DNA from: a virus
Direction: 5' to 3' (one strand)
IMG/VR virus record: IMGVR_UViG_3300042522_000315
Coordinates: 20,105 to 84,104 of that record
DNA length: 64,000 nt
Below, in pieces: positions 18,555 to 28,198 of this stretch (position 1 is the first letter of the stretch; each line of letters begins with the position of its first letter). Made by a program: the position numbers and the translations under genes. The notes beneath the pieces were generated by a model, which had not been told where the DNA came from, did not search any database, and worked only from the letters and a program-made list of their open reading frames with translations.

Positions 18555-19871
18555 ATGGCACAGTTCCGTAAAGATACTCACAAGTATCTACCACAAGAGA
18601 CTACAATCTTTGAAGTCATGATGTTAGCCGATCAATACGGCAATCTTGTTGGTCCAGCTAATCCGTCTGGTATGTCCGTAGACGCATTTGGTCGTTCTAG
18701 AGTTTCTATGCCATTAACCCTATTCGATTCATCTCACAGATATAGAGACAACGGACTTTGGGTACAGTCTAATAGTTCTGGTACCACAATCACATTCTCT
18801 CCTAACGAAGGTCTAATCAATCTCTCTGTTGGTACAACTAGCAGTCAAGAAATTATCCGTGAGACAACCAAAGTCTTCTCATATCAACCTGGTAAATCAT
18901 TACAGGTAATGAATACGTTTGTAATGGCCAATGCTCAGACAAATCTAATACAACGTGTCGGATACTTTGGTGCAAACAACGGCATCTACCTAGAACAGGC
19001 CAACAACGATATCTATTTTGTTGAAAGAAGTTTATCATCTGGCGTAGTGACTGAAAATAGAGTTGCACAAGCAGATTGGAATATAGACACACTTCTTGGT
19101 GCAGTAGAGGGTAGCCCATCTCAGAGAACTTTAGACTTGAGTAAAGCACAAATTCTCTTTACAGATATTGAATGGTTAGGTCTTGGTTCTGTTCGTTGTG
19201 GATTTGTAATCGACGGTCAACTAATTCACTGCCACTCTTTTCATCACGCCAATCGCATCACTTCTACATATATGACTACTGCATCTCTGCCTCTGAGATA
19301 TGAGATTAGGAATGTTGGTACTACAGGCAACAATAGCATATTGAAGCAGGTGTGTTCTACTGTCATCTCAGAAGGTGGTTACGAACTCAGAGGATTCCAG
19401 CAGGCTATTGGTACAGAAATAAAAACACCTAGAAACTTGCCTATTGCTGGTACAGACTATGTTGTTGCATCAATACGATTGAAAGCTGACAGAAAAGATG
19501 CTATAGTTATTCTTACTGCATTATCAGTAATGGGTATTGGTAATAACGGTAAGTTTTTATGGAAAGTCATTCGTAACGGAACATTGGCTAATAACACGTT
19601 TACATCTGCTGGTACAGATTCGGCTGTTGAATATAACATGGTAGCAAACAATGTTGTAACTGGTGGCGTAGTAATGGCTCAAGGATATATGGCATCAGAT
19701 ACTCAGAGTTCCGTGCCGACCGATATTCTAAAAGAAGCACTATTTAAGTTCCAGTTAGAAAGAGATTCTTTGAATGGTACAGCTGGTTATCCTCTAACTC
19801 TCTCAGTTACAGGAGTGACTGATGGTTTAGAAGTTCATGGTTCCATGGATTGGGAAGAAATTTCAAGATAA
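18555..19871 (+). CDS. Putative virion structural protein, beta-rich
   Basis: DAFGR.RVS.P.TLFD, YQPGKS, EWLGLG.VR.GF; Thr/Asn/Gly-rich. Confidence 0.5.
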   Translation: MAQFRKDTHKYLPQETTIFEVMMLADQYGNLVGPANPSGMSVDAFGRSRVSMPLTLFDSSHRYRDNGLWVQSNSSGTTITFSPNEGLINLSVGTTSSQEIIRETTKVFSYQPGKSLQVMNTFVMANAQTNLIQRVGYFGANNGIYLEQANNDIYFVERSLSSGVVTENRVAQADWNIDTLLGAVEGSPSQRTLDLSKAQILFTDIEWLGLGSVRCGFVIDGQLIHCHSFHHANRITSTYMTTASLPLRYEIRNVGTTGNNSILKQVCSTVISEGGYELRGFQQAIGTEIKTPRNLPIAGTDYVVASIRLKADRKDAIVILTALSVMGIGNNGKFLWKVIRNGTLANNTFTSAGTDSAVEYNMVANNVVTGGVVMAQGYMASDTQSSVPTDILKEALFKFQLERDSLNGTAGYPLTLSVTGVTDGLEVHGSMDWEEISR

Positions 19872-19891
19872 TAATGACAACGGAGTATATT

Positions 19892-20464
19892 ATGAATAGA
19901 TTGAGCGTTTACAAGACACATCCTAATATCGTATTACCAAAGTTCGCAACAAGGCAGTCGGCTTGTTTTGATATCTCATTTCAGAGTGCTGGTAAATTTG
20001 AATTCAAAGGATACAATCAATACAATGCACCTTACACACGACAAATGAGTAATGGTAAAGCTCGTATCATGCCTGGTGATCGTGCTATGTTGCCTACTGG
20101 ATTGATCTTTGATATCCCAAAGGGATACTCTGTTCGTATTCATCCAAGATCAGGTCTATCTTTAAAGCAGGGTCTTGTTCTTGCAAATATGGAAGCCGTG
20201 ATTGATTCAGATTATGTTGAAGAAACATTCATTCTCATAGCAAACTTGTCAGATGTAGATTATTCAATTCTTGATGGTGATCGTATCGCACAAGCAGAAT
20301 TAATCAAGCAAGAAGAGTATGTTCTATGGGAAATTTTTGATGCGCCAAATAAGAAGACAGATAGAGTTGGTGGTCTAGGTTCAACTGGTGTCTCTCTTTC
20401 AGGTGATTTAGAAATTGTTCTACCGATTAAGCGCGGCAGAGGAAGACCAAGAAAGGTAGTGTAA
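19892..20464 (+). CDS. dut: dUTPase
   Basis: SACFD, PTGL, PRSG, IDSDY, GDRIAQ, R.GGLGSTG; AT-hook-like RGRGRPRK tail. Confidence 0.92.
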   Translation: MNRLSVYKTHPNIVLPKFATRQSACFDISFQSAGKFEFKGYNQYNAPYTRQMSNGKARIMPGDRAMLPTGLIFDIPKGYSVRIHPRSGLSLKQGLVLANMEAVIDSDYVEETFILIANLSDVDYSILDGDRIAQAELIKQEEYVLWEIFDAPNKKTDRVGGLGSTGVSLSGDLEIVLPIKRGRGRPRKVV

Positions 20465-20835
20465 TGCCAGGACTAGCACGTAAGGGTGGTATAGATACTG
20501 TAGCAGCACCAGACGGTACACCAGGTACAATATGTCCGAGTGGTTTACCAAGGTGTGATAATCCATCAACTCAAGCTACAGATGAAGGATCATCTACGGT
20601 CTTTGTAGGTAATCCGCCTTATGGTGTAGTTAGATTTGGTGATAAGATGACTGGTCACACTACAATTCCTTGCGGTTGTCCCGTGCATATACCTCCTATG
20701 GTAGTGTGCTCATCATTTGTCTATGTAGAAGGTAAAAGATTAGCTCGTCAAGATGATGAATATGTTGCTGATGGTATATATCATCCAATCTCTTCTTCTG
20801 AAGAAACTGTAGTTGATGGTAGTCCAAAATCTTAA
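20464..20835 (+). CDS. PAAR-like spike tip protein (gp5.4-like)
   Basis: MPGLAR.G, GSSTVFV, VR.GD...H, V.VEGKRLAR..D. Confidence 0.7.
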   Translation: MPGLARKGGIDTVAAPDGTPGTICPSGLPRCDNPSTQATDEGSSTVFVGNPPYGVVRFGDKMTGHTTIPCGCPVHIPPMVVCSSFVYVEGKRLARQDDEYVADGIYHPISSSEETVVDGSPKS

Positions 20836-20896
20836 AATTGTCTAAAATGTTGTCTATATATTGATGTGAGAATGAAGTAATGCGTATCTCACTTAT

Positions 20897-20966
20897 GCGG
20901 GGTAGTTTAATGAAAACGGTTGGTTCCAATCAAACGATGTGAGTGTCAAGTCTTACCCCCGCTCCA
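20897..20966 (+). tRNA. Non-canonical tRNA-Gly-like RNA (6-bp acceptor stem, 6-nt anticodon loop, 8-nt T loop)
   Basis: GCGGGG/CCCCGC-T-CCA; TTGG-TTCCAA-TCAA; GTGAG-TGTCAAGT-CTTAC. Confidence 0.55.
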
Positions 20967-20996
20967 GCTTCGCCTAATGGGAAGCTATAACTAAAC

Positions 20997-21015
20997 AACT
21001 TGCTTAATAGGAGTT
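20997..21015 (+). promoter_or_regulatory. ROSE-like RNA thermometer hairpin over the hsp20 SD
   Basis: AACUU(G)CU-UAAU-AGGAGUU; UUGCU motif with a bulged G opposite AGGAG. Confidence 0.6.
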
Positions 21016-21019
21016 ACAA

Positions 21020-21514
21020 ATGCACAAGTTAATCTACGATCCTTTTTCTTTTTCTAAGCAATTCAACACAACAATTGGTTTTGAACCTATTCTCAAGCGT
21101 CTTGCTGAGATGAGTGAAGCCATGCCTAAGATTCCAACTTATCCTCCATATAACATCAAGAAGGTTGATGAAAATAAGTATGTGATTGAGTTGGCTGTGG
21201 CCGGTTTCGGTAAGCAGGATCTTGAACTTGAACTGCAAGATGGTACACTTACCATCAAGGGTAATGTCTCATCAGAAGATGCTGACTATATCTACAAGGG
21301 TATTGCAGAACGAGCATTCACTCGACAGTTCACACTTGCAGATACAGTTGAAGTCAAGAATGCAGACTTGATCAACGGTATGCTCAAGATTTGGCTTGAA
21401 CGCTTCATTCCTGAAGAGAAGAAGCCAAAGAAGATCAACATTGGTGAAAAAGAAGATTCACATAATGGTGAAGCGACAAAGCAGTTCTTATCAGAAAAGT
21501 ATGGCGACAAGTAA
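21020..21514 (+). CDS. Small heat shock protein Hsp20 (IbpA-like)
   Basis: YPPYNI, IELAVAGF, YKGIAERAFTRQF.LA, NGML. Confidence 0.95.
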   Translation: MHKLIYDPFSFSKQFNTTIGFEPILKRLAEMSEAMPKIPTYPPYNIKKVDENKYVIELAVAGFGKQDLELELQDGTLTIKGNVSSEDADYIYKGIAERAFTRQFTLADTVEVKNADLINGMLKIWLERFIPEEKKPKKINIGEKEDSHNGEATKQFLSEKYGDK

Positions 21515-21663
21515 TGGTCAAATACTTAAAGAAATTGTTTTCTGTTCGCAGTCAACAAGAACGTATGCATGACTTTCTAAGTCAAGCTACAGATCAAGTA
21601 CATCTTGAATACCTTCAGCGTGAATGGGACCGAATGTCTCATGCACAAAGAAGTAACTGGTAA
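21514..21663 (+). CDS. Small DUF3563-like protein (not in ORF track)
   Basis: MVKYLKKLFS...FLSQATDQVHLEYLQREWDR; coupled to the hsp20 stop. Confidence 0.55.
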   Translation: MVKYLKKLFSVRSQQERMHDFLSQATDQVHLEYLQREWDRMSHAQRSNW

Positions 21664-21718
21664 CTAAACTACATACTGAGGGGGAATGGTCTCCCTCAGT
21701 TTTATTATGGAGAAATGT

Positions 21719-22687
21719 ATGAAGAATAATATGATTATTTTGGCTGTTGCTCTTATTGCTTTTGGTACTAGCGCAGCATATGCGTCCCGTGACACTATTC
21801 GCATTGTGGGTTCTTCCACAGTTTATCCTTTCACAACTGCTGTAGCAGAACAGTTCGGTAAGACATCTGGAGCACCAACTCCTGTTGTTGAGTCTACTGG
21901 TACAGGCGGTGGCATTAAGTTGTTTTGCGCTGGTGTTGGTGACGAACATCCTGACGCAGTGAACGCATCTCGCCCTATGAAGGACAGCGAAGCTGAAACT
22001 TGTAAGTCAAACGGTGTAACTACAACCGAAGTCAAGATTGGTTATGATGCTATCGTTATTGCTATGGCAAAAGAACATGAAGATATGAACTTAACCAAAG
22101 ATGATATCTATCGTGCATTAGCTAAGTTTGTAATCATTGATGGTGAAGTTGTTGAGAATCCATATAAGACATGGAAGGACGTAAATCCTGCATTGCCTGA
22201 TGGTAAGATTGAAGTGCTTGGTCCTCCGCCTACTTCTGGTACACGCGACTCGTTTGTAGAACTTGTGATGGAAAAGGCATGTAAGGCTGCTATTAAGGCC
22301 AACGAATTGACTGTTACCGAAGATGAAGAAAAGTCTATGTGTAAGTCTATGCGTGAAGATGGTGCATTCATTGAAGCTGGTGAGAATGACACTCTAATCA
22401 TTCAGAAGCTACAGAATAATCCAAATGCTCTTGGTATCTTCGGCTATTCGTTCCTTGAAGAAAGTTCATCTACTGTAAAGGGCGCTACAGTTGATGGTAT
22501 TGCTCCTGAGTATGATGCAATCAAGGCAGGTAAGTATACTATCTCTCGCCCATTGTTTGTGTATTTCAAGAACGAACACTTTGATGTTATTCCAAACTTG
22601 AAAGAATTTATGGAAGAGTATCAGAGTGAAGACGCAATCGGTGAAGAAGGTTACTTGACTGAAAAAGGTCTTATCTCACTCAACTAA
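21719..22687 (+). CDS. pstS: Phosphate-binding protein PstS
   Basis: Signal peptide, GSSTVYPF, ESTGTGGG, SGTRDSF, Y.ISRPLF.Y. Confidence 0.92.
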   Translation: MKNNMIILAVALIAFGTSAAYASRDTIRIVGSSTVYPFTTAVAEQFGKTSGAPTPVVESTGTGGGIKLFCAGVGDEHPDAVNASRPMKDSEAETCKSNGVTTTEVKIGYDAIVIAMAKEHEDMNLTKDDIYRALAKFVIIDGEVVENPYKTWKDVNPALPDGKIEVLGPPPTSGTRDSFVELVMEKACKAAIKANELTVTEDEEKSMCKSMREDGAFIEAGENDTLIIQKLQNNPNALGIFGYSFLEESSSTVKGATVDGIAPEYDAIKAGKYTISRPLFVYFKNEHFDVIPNLKEFMEEYQSEDAIGEEGYLTEKGLISLN

Positions 22688-22730
22688 TTGACAATAGAAG
22701 AGAGATGCTATATACTAGTGTCTCTCTTTT
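22688..22730 (+). promoter_or_regulatory. Consensus sigma70 promoter overlapping a terminator-like hairpin
   Basis: TTGACA(22688)-17-TATACT(22711); stem AAGAGAGATGCTA/TAGTGTCTCTCTT followed by T-tract. Confidence 0.7.
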
Positions 22731-22745
22731 CACTATAGGTATATC

Positions 22746-23498
22746 ATGAAACTCATTATTGAAAAATCTGTGACTGTGATCACACCAACTATTGGCTCAC
22801 CAAAACTCACTGACGCATTAAAGAGCGTTGCCAATCAAACATACAAAAATATCAAACATCTTGTCGTTGTTGACGGTCCTGAGCATTTCAGTCCAGTCAT
22901 GGATCAGATTCCAAACACTCTTCATTACGATGAGGTGCTTCAAGACAATGTGACTGTTGCATATACACCTTATAATACTGGTGCAAACGGTTTCAATGGT
23001 CAACGCATCTACGCTTCTTTTCCACATCTCATTGATTCAGATTATATCTTCTTTCTTGATGAAGATAACTGGTATGAACCTGATCATGTGTCAACTCTTG
23101 TTCAAACAATTGAAAAGAACAATCTTGATTGGGCGTATTCGCTTCGCAAGATTTATACTCCAGACAAGCAGTATATTGTCGATGATAACTGTGAGAGCTT
23201 GGGTCGCTGGCCTATCTACTTCACTCACGACAATCCTCAGTATCTTGTAGATACATCTGCTTTTGCTTTCAAGCGCGAGTTTATTCAATTGACTTGTCAT
23301 CTCTGGCATTCTGGTGCATGGGGTGAAGATCGCAGATATCTCTATAAGATTAGAGAGATGAGCAAGTGGGACACGAATGGTAAGCATACACTATGCTATC
23401 GTGTAGACAACAATCCACAATCTGTTAATGGAAACTTCTTCATTGAAGGTAACAAGAAACAACTTGAGCATTACAAAGGTCAACTTCCATGGATTTGA
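22746..23498 (+). CDS. Glycosyltransferase family 2
   Basis: VITPT, VVVDG, FLDEDNW, EDR. Confidence 0.85.
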   Translation: MKLIIEKSVTVITPTIGSPKLTDALKSVANQTYKNIKHLVVVDGPEHFSPVMDQIPNTLHYDEVLQDNVTVAYTPYNTGANGFNGQRIYASFPHLIDSDYIFFLDEDNWYEPDHVSTLVQTIEKNNLDWAYSLRKIYTPDKQYIVDDNCESLGRWPIYFTHDNPQYLVDTSAFAFKREFIQLTCHLWHSGAWGEDRRYLYKIREMSKWDTNGKHTLCYRVDNNPQSVNGNFFIEGNKKQLEHYKGQLPWI

Positions 23499-24211
23499 TA
23501 AATTTTTTATACACTGTAAAACAAGATGAAGTCAAAAAGAATGAGAGCATAAAGTTTTTAGGTCATTGTCTATCTCTATGTAACGAATCAACTTCACAAA
23601 ATTTTCAAGATGTGTGGGCACTATACGAAAGCGGATTCAAAAGAGATGGTTTCTATGTCGAGTTTGGTGCCACCGATGGTGTAGATGGAAGTAATACATA
23701 TCTGCTGTCGAAAGATTATAACTGGAAAGGTATTCTAGCAGAACCTAATCCTGTTTGGCATACAAGTCTAAAGCAAAACAGAGATGACGAAAACACAGAC
23801 ATATCATTTGATTGTGTCTATACTGAAACGAACAAGACTTTAGATTTTCTTGCTGTTGATGATGCATGTCTGTCCACTATACAAGGTTTTGGTGATGACG
23901 ATGAACACCGAATGAAGAGAAAAGAAAACTCTCTGATCAGCGTTAAGACTGTAAGTCTCGTTGATTTACTTGATAGACACTCAGCACCTTATATTATCGA
24001 TTACATTTCTGTTGATACCGAAGGTAGTGAGTATGATATTCTAGAATCGTTTTTTTCTGCAAACGAATCTTATGACGTTAGAACTTTTACTGTTGAACAT
24101 AACTTCAATGTAGAGTTCAGAGATAGAATTTACCAACTGATGATGAAAAATGGTTATGAGAGAAAGTTCATTGAGTTCTCAAGATGGGATGATTTTTATT
24201 TTAAAGTATGA
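23489..24211 (+). CDS. FkbM-family methyltransferase
   Basis: QD, EFGATDG..GSNT, W.GILAEP, DTEGSE, VEHN. Confidence 0.85.
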   Translation: MDLINFLYTVKQDEVKKNESIKFLGHCLSLCNESTSQNFQDVWALYESGFKRDGFYVEFGATDGVDGSNTYLLSKDYNWKGILAEPNPVWHTSLKQNRDDENTDISFDCVYTETNKTLDFLAVDDACLSTIQGFGDDDEHRMKRKENSLISVKTVSLVDLLDRHSAPYIIDYISVDTEGSEYDILESFFSANESYDVRTFTVEHNFNVEFRDRIYQLMMKNGYERKFIEFSRWDDFYFKV

Positions 24212-24220
24212 TGGAGAGTT

Positions 24221-25120
24221 ATGATGAATAAAGATTTGATCATAGGTGGCGCTTCTAACTATGGATGGGACGATCTTAAGTATTGGGTCAATTCGATCAA
24301 GAAGTCTGGTTTCTCAGGAGATATAGTTCTCGTTGCAACAAATACCACAAAAGAAACAATAGATAAACTCCGCAGTGAGGGTGTTAAAGTTGAGTTGTAT
24401 GGTAGACAAGATCAAAATGGTAATGTTGTCGCCAATGTTACTACAGCACCACATGTAGAAAGATTTTTTCATATTTGGAACTATCTCAGAATCAATTCTG
24501 ATAAGTATAACTTTGTTATTACGACTGATACCAGAGATGTTGTATTTCAATCTAATCCTATAGACTATATCAGAAAGACTTTTGAGAATAGAGATGTTGG
24601 GTTGATTGCAGCAGGTGAAGGACTTAGATATAAGGATGAATCTTGGAATCACAATAACTTCTTGTCTTCATTTGATCCTGTAGTCTATGATAAGATCCAA
24701 TACAATGAGATTTTTAATGTTGGTGTCATAGCTGGAACACAAGCTCTGGTGCAAGACTTGCTGTTGCTTCTGTATCAATTGAGTATAAACAGACGTATAA
24801 ATATCGTTGATCAGGCAGTATATAATTTCATTATTCAGTTGCAGTTCTGCTCACAGAATGTTACGCTATTGTCTAATGATTCCGGGTGGACAACAAACTT
24901 AGCTACGACTATTCATGCAATAAGGTCTGGCTCAGGTGATATTGGTCAAAAAAATGATCCTACTTCCATAATTTTATATGGAACGAAGTACATGGTAAAT
25001 CAACCAGATATCATAGATGGTGTGGTTTATACTCATAGTACTGGATTACCTTCTGTCATTGTTCATCAATATGATAGAGTGAACGGGCTTGCAGAAGCCA
25101 TATATAAAAAATATAATTAA
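24221..25120 (+). CDS. Glycosyltransferase-like protein (GT-A)
   Basis: ERF, TDTRDVVFQ.NP, N.GV.AG, DQA.YN, IVHQYDR. Confidence 0.65.
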   Translation: MMNKDLIIGGASNYGWDDLKYWVNSIKKSGFSGDIVLVATNTTKETIDKLRSEGVKVELYGRQDQNGNVVANVTTAPHVERFFHIWNYLRINSDKYNFVITTDTRDVVFQSNPIDYIRKTFENRDVGLIAAGEGLRYKDESWNHNNFLSSFDPVVYDKIQYNEIFNVGVIAGTQALVQDLLLLLYQLSINRRINIVDQAVYNFIIQLQFCSQNVTLLSNDSGWTTNLATTIHAIRSGSGDIGQKNDPTSIILYGTKYMVNQPDIIDGVVYTHSTGLPSVIVHQYDRVNGLAEAIYKKYN

Positions 25121-25134
25121 TACGTGAGGATTAA

Positions 25135-26166
25135 ATGACAAAGACAGTTCTTATTACAGGCGGTGCAGGTTTCATTGCACATCATGTTATCGATACAATT
25201 CTAAGAGAAACAGATTGGAAGATTGTCAGTCTTGATAGATTAGACTTCTCTGGAAATCTGAATAGGCTTTACGATATACTTCAGTCATATGACCAGTCTG
25301 TCAAGTCAAGAGTGAAGATTGTGTATCACGACTTGAGAGCCGAAATCAATCCGCTTATCAATTCTCTGCTTGGTGATGTTAACATTGTGCTACACATGGC
25401 AGCAGGATCACATGTTGATCGTTCGATTGAATATCCTGTTGAGTTTTTGATGGACAATACACTTGGCACTGTGAACCTATTGCAGTATGCCAGAACTCTT
25501 AAGAATCTTGAAAGTTTTGTATACTTCTCTACCGATGAAGTATTTGGTCCTGCACCTTTCGGTGTTAACTATAAAGAATTTGATAGGTACAATTCAACTA
25601 ATCCTTATTCAGCATCAAAGGCTGCCGCTGAAGAGTTTTGTGTTGCATATGAAAATACATACAAGCTTCCTATCTACATCACACATACTATGAATGTTTT
25701 TGGAGAGCGTCAGCATCCTGAAAAGTTTATTCCTATGGTCATTAGAAGAGCCAATACTGGTGAGAAGGTTTACATTCACTCAGACAAGACTAAAACAATT
25801 CCAGGTTCAAGACATTACATTCATGCCAAGGATGTTGCGTCTGCTCTCATGTTTATTCTAAACCTTGATAGAAACTCTATTCACATTGATGACTATGGTG
25901 GTGCTAAGTGCCCTAAGTTCAATATTGTTGGTGCTGAAGAAATCAATAACCTAGATTTGGCTCTAATGATTGCAAAGTCTCAAGGTAAAGAATTGAATTA
26001 TGAATTGATAGATTTCCATTCATCTAGACCTGGACACGATCTTCGTTATGCTTTATCTGGTGAGTATATGAGAAATCTTGGTTGGTATCCAAAGATTGCT
26101 TTGTCTGATCGAATCAGTGAAGTCGTTAACTGGACACTCGCTAATGAGAAGTGGCTGAAGATATGA
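25135..26166 (+). CDS. rfbB: dTDP-glucose 4,6-dehydratase-like SDR
   Basis: TGGAGFI, SHVDRSI, STDEV, PYSASKA, PEKFIP, RPGHDLRY. Confidence 0.88.
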   Translation: MTKTVLITGGAGFIAHHVIDTILRETDWKIVSLDRLDFSGNLNRLYDILQSYDQSVKSRVKIVYHDLRAEINPLINSLLGDVNIVLHMAAGSHVDRSIEYPVEFLMDNTLGTVNLLQYARTLKNLESFVYFSTDEVFGPAPFGVNYKEFDRYNSTNPYSASKAAAEEFCVAYENTYKLPIYITHTMNVFGERQHPEKFIPMVIRRANTGEKVYIHSDKTKTIPGSRHYIHAKDVASALMFILNLDRNSIHIDDYGGAKCPKFNIVGAEEINNLDLALMIAKSQGKELNYELIDFHSSRPGHDLRYALSGEYMRNLGWYPKIALSDRISEVVNWTLANEKWLKI

Positions 26167-26849
26167 ACGATGCCATCTTTGTGATAAGCAGTGCGCTTGT
26201 TTGTCCAAATCATCTTTCAATTTACTCAACAGAAGACCGTTTTAATCAAACGATTGAGACTTTGAATTCAATTGACAAGTATATGCCTAACAATCAAAAG
26301 ATTTTGTTTGATGCGTCTTCTGTTGAACCAGAAAGTAAATATTTTGATGAACTAGTAAAGAGAAACACGGTTGTTCTTTTTACAGGCAGAGATGAAAACG
26401 TCAAAAAATTTTCAGAAGCGGGCGTAAAAAGTGCTGCTGAATCCATTTCTTTTATGATGTCGTTGAATTGGATTCGTGAGAATGAAATAAAAACAAAGAG
26501 AATATATAAGATATCAGGTAGATATCAACTAACTGATAACTTTGTTCCTGGTCTAGAACATGTAGGTAAGTATGTGTTTACTGTTCCTACTAAAACTTGG
26601 ATGCCAAAAGAACAATCAGATTATATTGGCGTAGATCATGTATATCAATCAAGACTTTTTCATTTTGATTATGATCTATTAGATCAGACGATAGAAAAGC
26701 TGAAATATGTTATCCGCGATTGTCTTACATTGCCGATGGACATAGAACATGCTTATTACAAATATTTTAATGCCTTTGCTCCTATTGAAATGGAAAAAAT
26801 AGGACTATGCGGCAACTTAGCACCAAATGGAGAACGTATAGATGAGTGA
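26163..26849 (+). CDS. Hypothetical glycan-related protein
   Basis: R..QT..TL.SI, KISGRY, DIEH; within the sugar island. Confidence 0.5.
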   Translation: MNDAIFVISSALVCPNHLSIYSTEDRFNQTIETLNSIDKYMPNNQKILFDASSVEPESKYFDELVKRNTVVLFTGRDENVKKFSEAGVKSAAESISFMMSLNWIRENEIKTKRIYKISGRYQLTDNFVPGLEHVGKYVFTVPTKTWMPKEQSDYIGVDHVYQSRLFHFDYDLLDQTIEKLKYVIRDCLTLPMDIEHAYYKYFNAFAPIEMEKIGLCGNLAPNGERIDE

Positions 26850-27405
26850 TTCTTTTTATTATAACTCTACTGGTAATTTTGGAATAACACCAAAGTTTAA
26901 GTGTTCTGGTTACGGACTTGGTAAGATGATTGAAGGATTAGAAAATCCTGTAGGTGTTGAAATTGGTCTGGCTGAAGGATTCACTACAAGATTTTTGATG
27001 GAATCAAATAAAAATCTTACTCTATATTGCATTGATCCTTACATTAACTACATTGATTGGAATGGTACAAATCTAAACGAAAGAGAAAACATATATCAGC
27101 AGTTTCTAGATAACACAAAGGTGTTTGGTGATAGAATTAAGTTTCTCAGAAAGTATTCAGATGATGCTGTCTCTAATATCGAAGATAACTCTCTAGACTT
27201 TGTATTTATTGACGGTCTACATACGTTTGAGCAAGTTACTAAAGACATGACGAATTACTATCCTAAGCTTAAAGATGGTGGTATATTTTCAGGTCATGAT
27301 TTTAGAGTGATCAAGTGCATCAACGAGGCAGTGATAGAGTTTGCTTCTTCTAAGAATAAGACTATCTTAGAGACAGAGTGTGACGTTTGGTATTGGTATA
27401 AGTGA
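26842..27405 (+). CDS. Class I SAM methyltransferase (Methyltransf_24-like)
   Basis: VEIG, IDP, DFVFIDGLH, GG.FSGHD. Confidence 0.8.
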   Translation: MSDSFYYNSTGNFGITPKFKCSGYGLGKMIEGLENPVGVEIGLAEGFTTRFLMESNKNLTLYCIDPYINYIDWNGTNLNERENIYQQFLDNTKVFGDRIKFLRKYSDDAVSNIEDNSLDFVFIDGLHTFEQVTKDMTNYYPKLKDGGIFSGHDFRVIKCINEAVIEFASSKNKTILETECDVWYWYK

Positions 27406-27414
27406 GGTTTATTT

Positions 27415-28188
27415 ATGGGTACTACAAGAGAAGATGTATTGAACATGATGGATCTACACAGAAATGGAATCTTAGATTTCTCTAAAAAGCTTTCTGTTGC
27501 AGACATAGGAGCTTCACAACTTCATTATCATGTTTCAGGAATATCAGGTAAGATAGTCAATAATGAATTTGTGCCTAATGAGAAAACATATCCTGACAGT
27601 AAAGATTTTCTAAAAGAAGTTTTTGAACTGTTTGGTAAGAATGCGTCTTTTGATGATTATTCTTCTGGAATGTTAGCACAAAGGTTCTACAAAGATTTAG
27701 AGTTTGACTATCTCGCTATTGACTTAGACACATATAATGATCTTGATTATGTGTTAAAACTAGACTTGAATGTAGATCGTTGTCCTGATGACAAGAAAGG
27801 TCAATATGATCTTGTTGTCAATAATGGAACAACAGAACATCTGATAAACCAGACAAATGCATTCAATGTCATGCACGACCTATGTAAAGTTGGTGGTGTA
27901 ATGTTATCTACTGTTCCTTGTTTTGATATCAATCACGGGTTCTTTAACTATTCTCCCATCTTCTTCAAGCAACTGGCAAAAGCAAATGGATATGAAATAA
28001 TCAGTGTTCACCTCCAGTTTGTAAATAGTGGTAATAATCTACTGAACATCTATGTTTATTCCATTACAAGAAAGCTTAATGATGCAGAGTTTATACAGCC
28101 ATGCCAAATTTTTGACAATGGTAATTTTGACTCTAACATCATGTATAATGCTTCATATCAGAAGAACGATATCTGCATAGTCATTTAA
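27415..28188 (+). CDS. Class I SAM methyltransferase-like protein
   Basis: DIG, DLN, YDLV.N.GTTEH, KVGG, HGFF. Confidence 0.7.
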   Translation: MGTTREDVLNMMDLHRNGILDFSKKLSVADIGASQLHYHVSGISGKIVNNEFVPNEKTYPDSKDFLKEVFELFGKNASFDDYSSGMLAQRFYKDLEFDYLAIDLDTYNDLDYVLKLDLNVDRCPDDKKGQYDLVVNNGTTEHLINQTNAFNVMHDLCKVGGVMLSTVPCFDINHGFFNYSPIFFKQLAKANGYEIISVHLQFVNSGNNLLNIYVYSITRKLNDAEFIQPCQIFDNGNFDSNIMYNASYQKNDICIVI

Positions 28189-28198
28189 AGGATAGATT

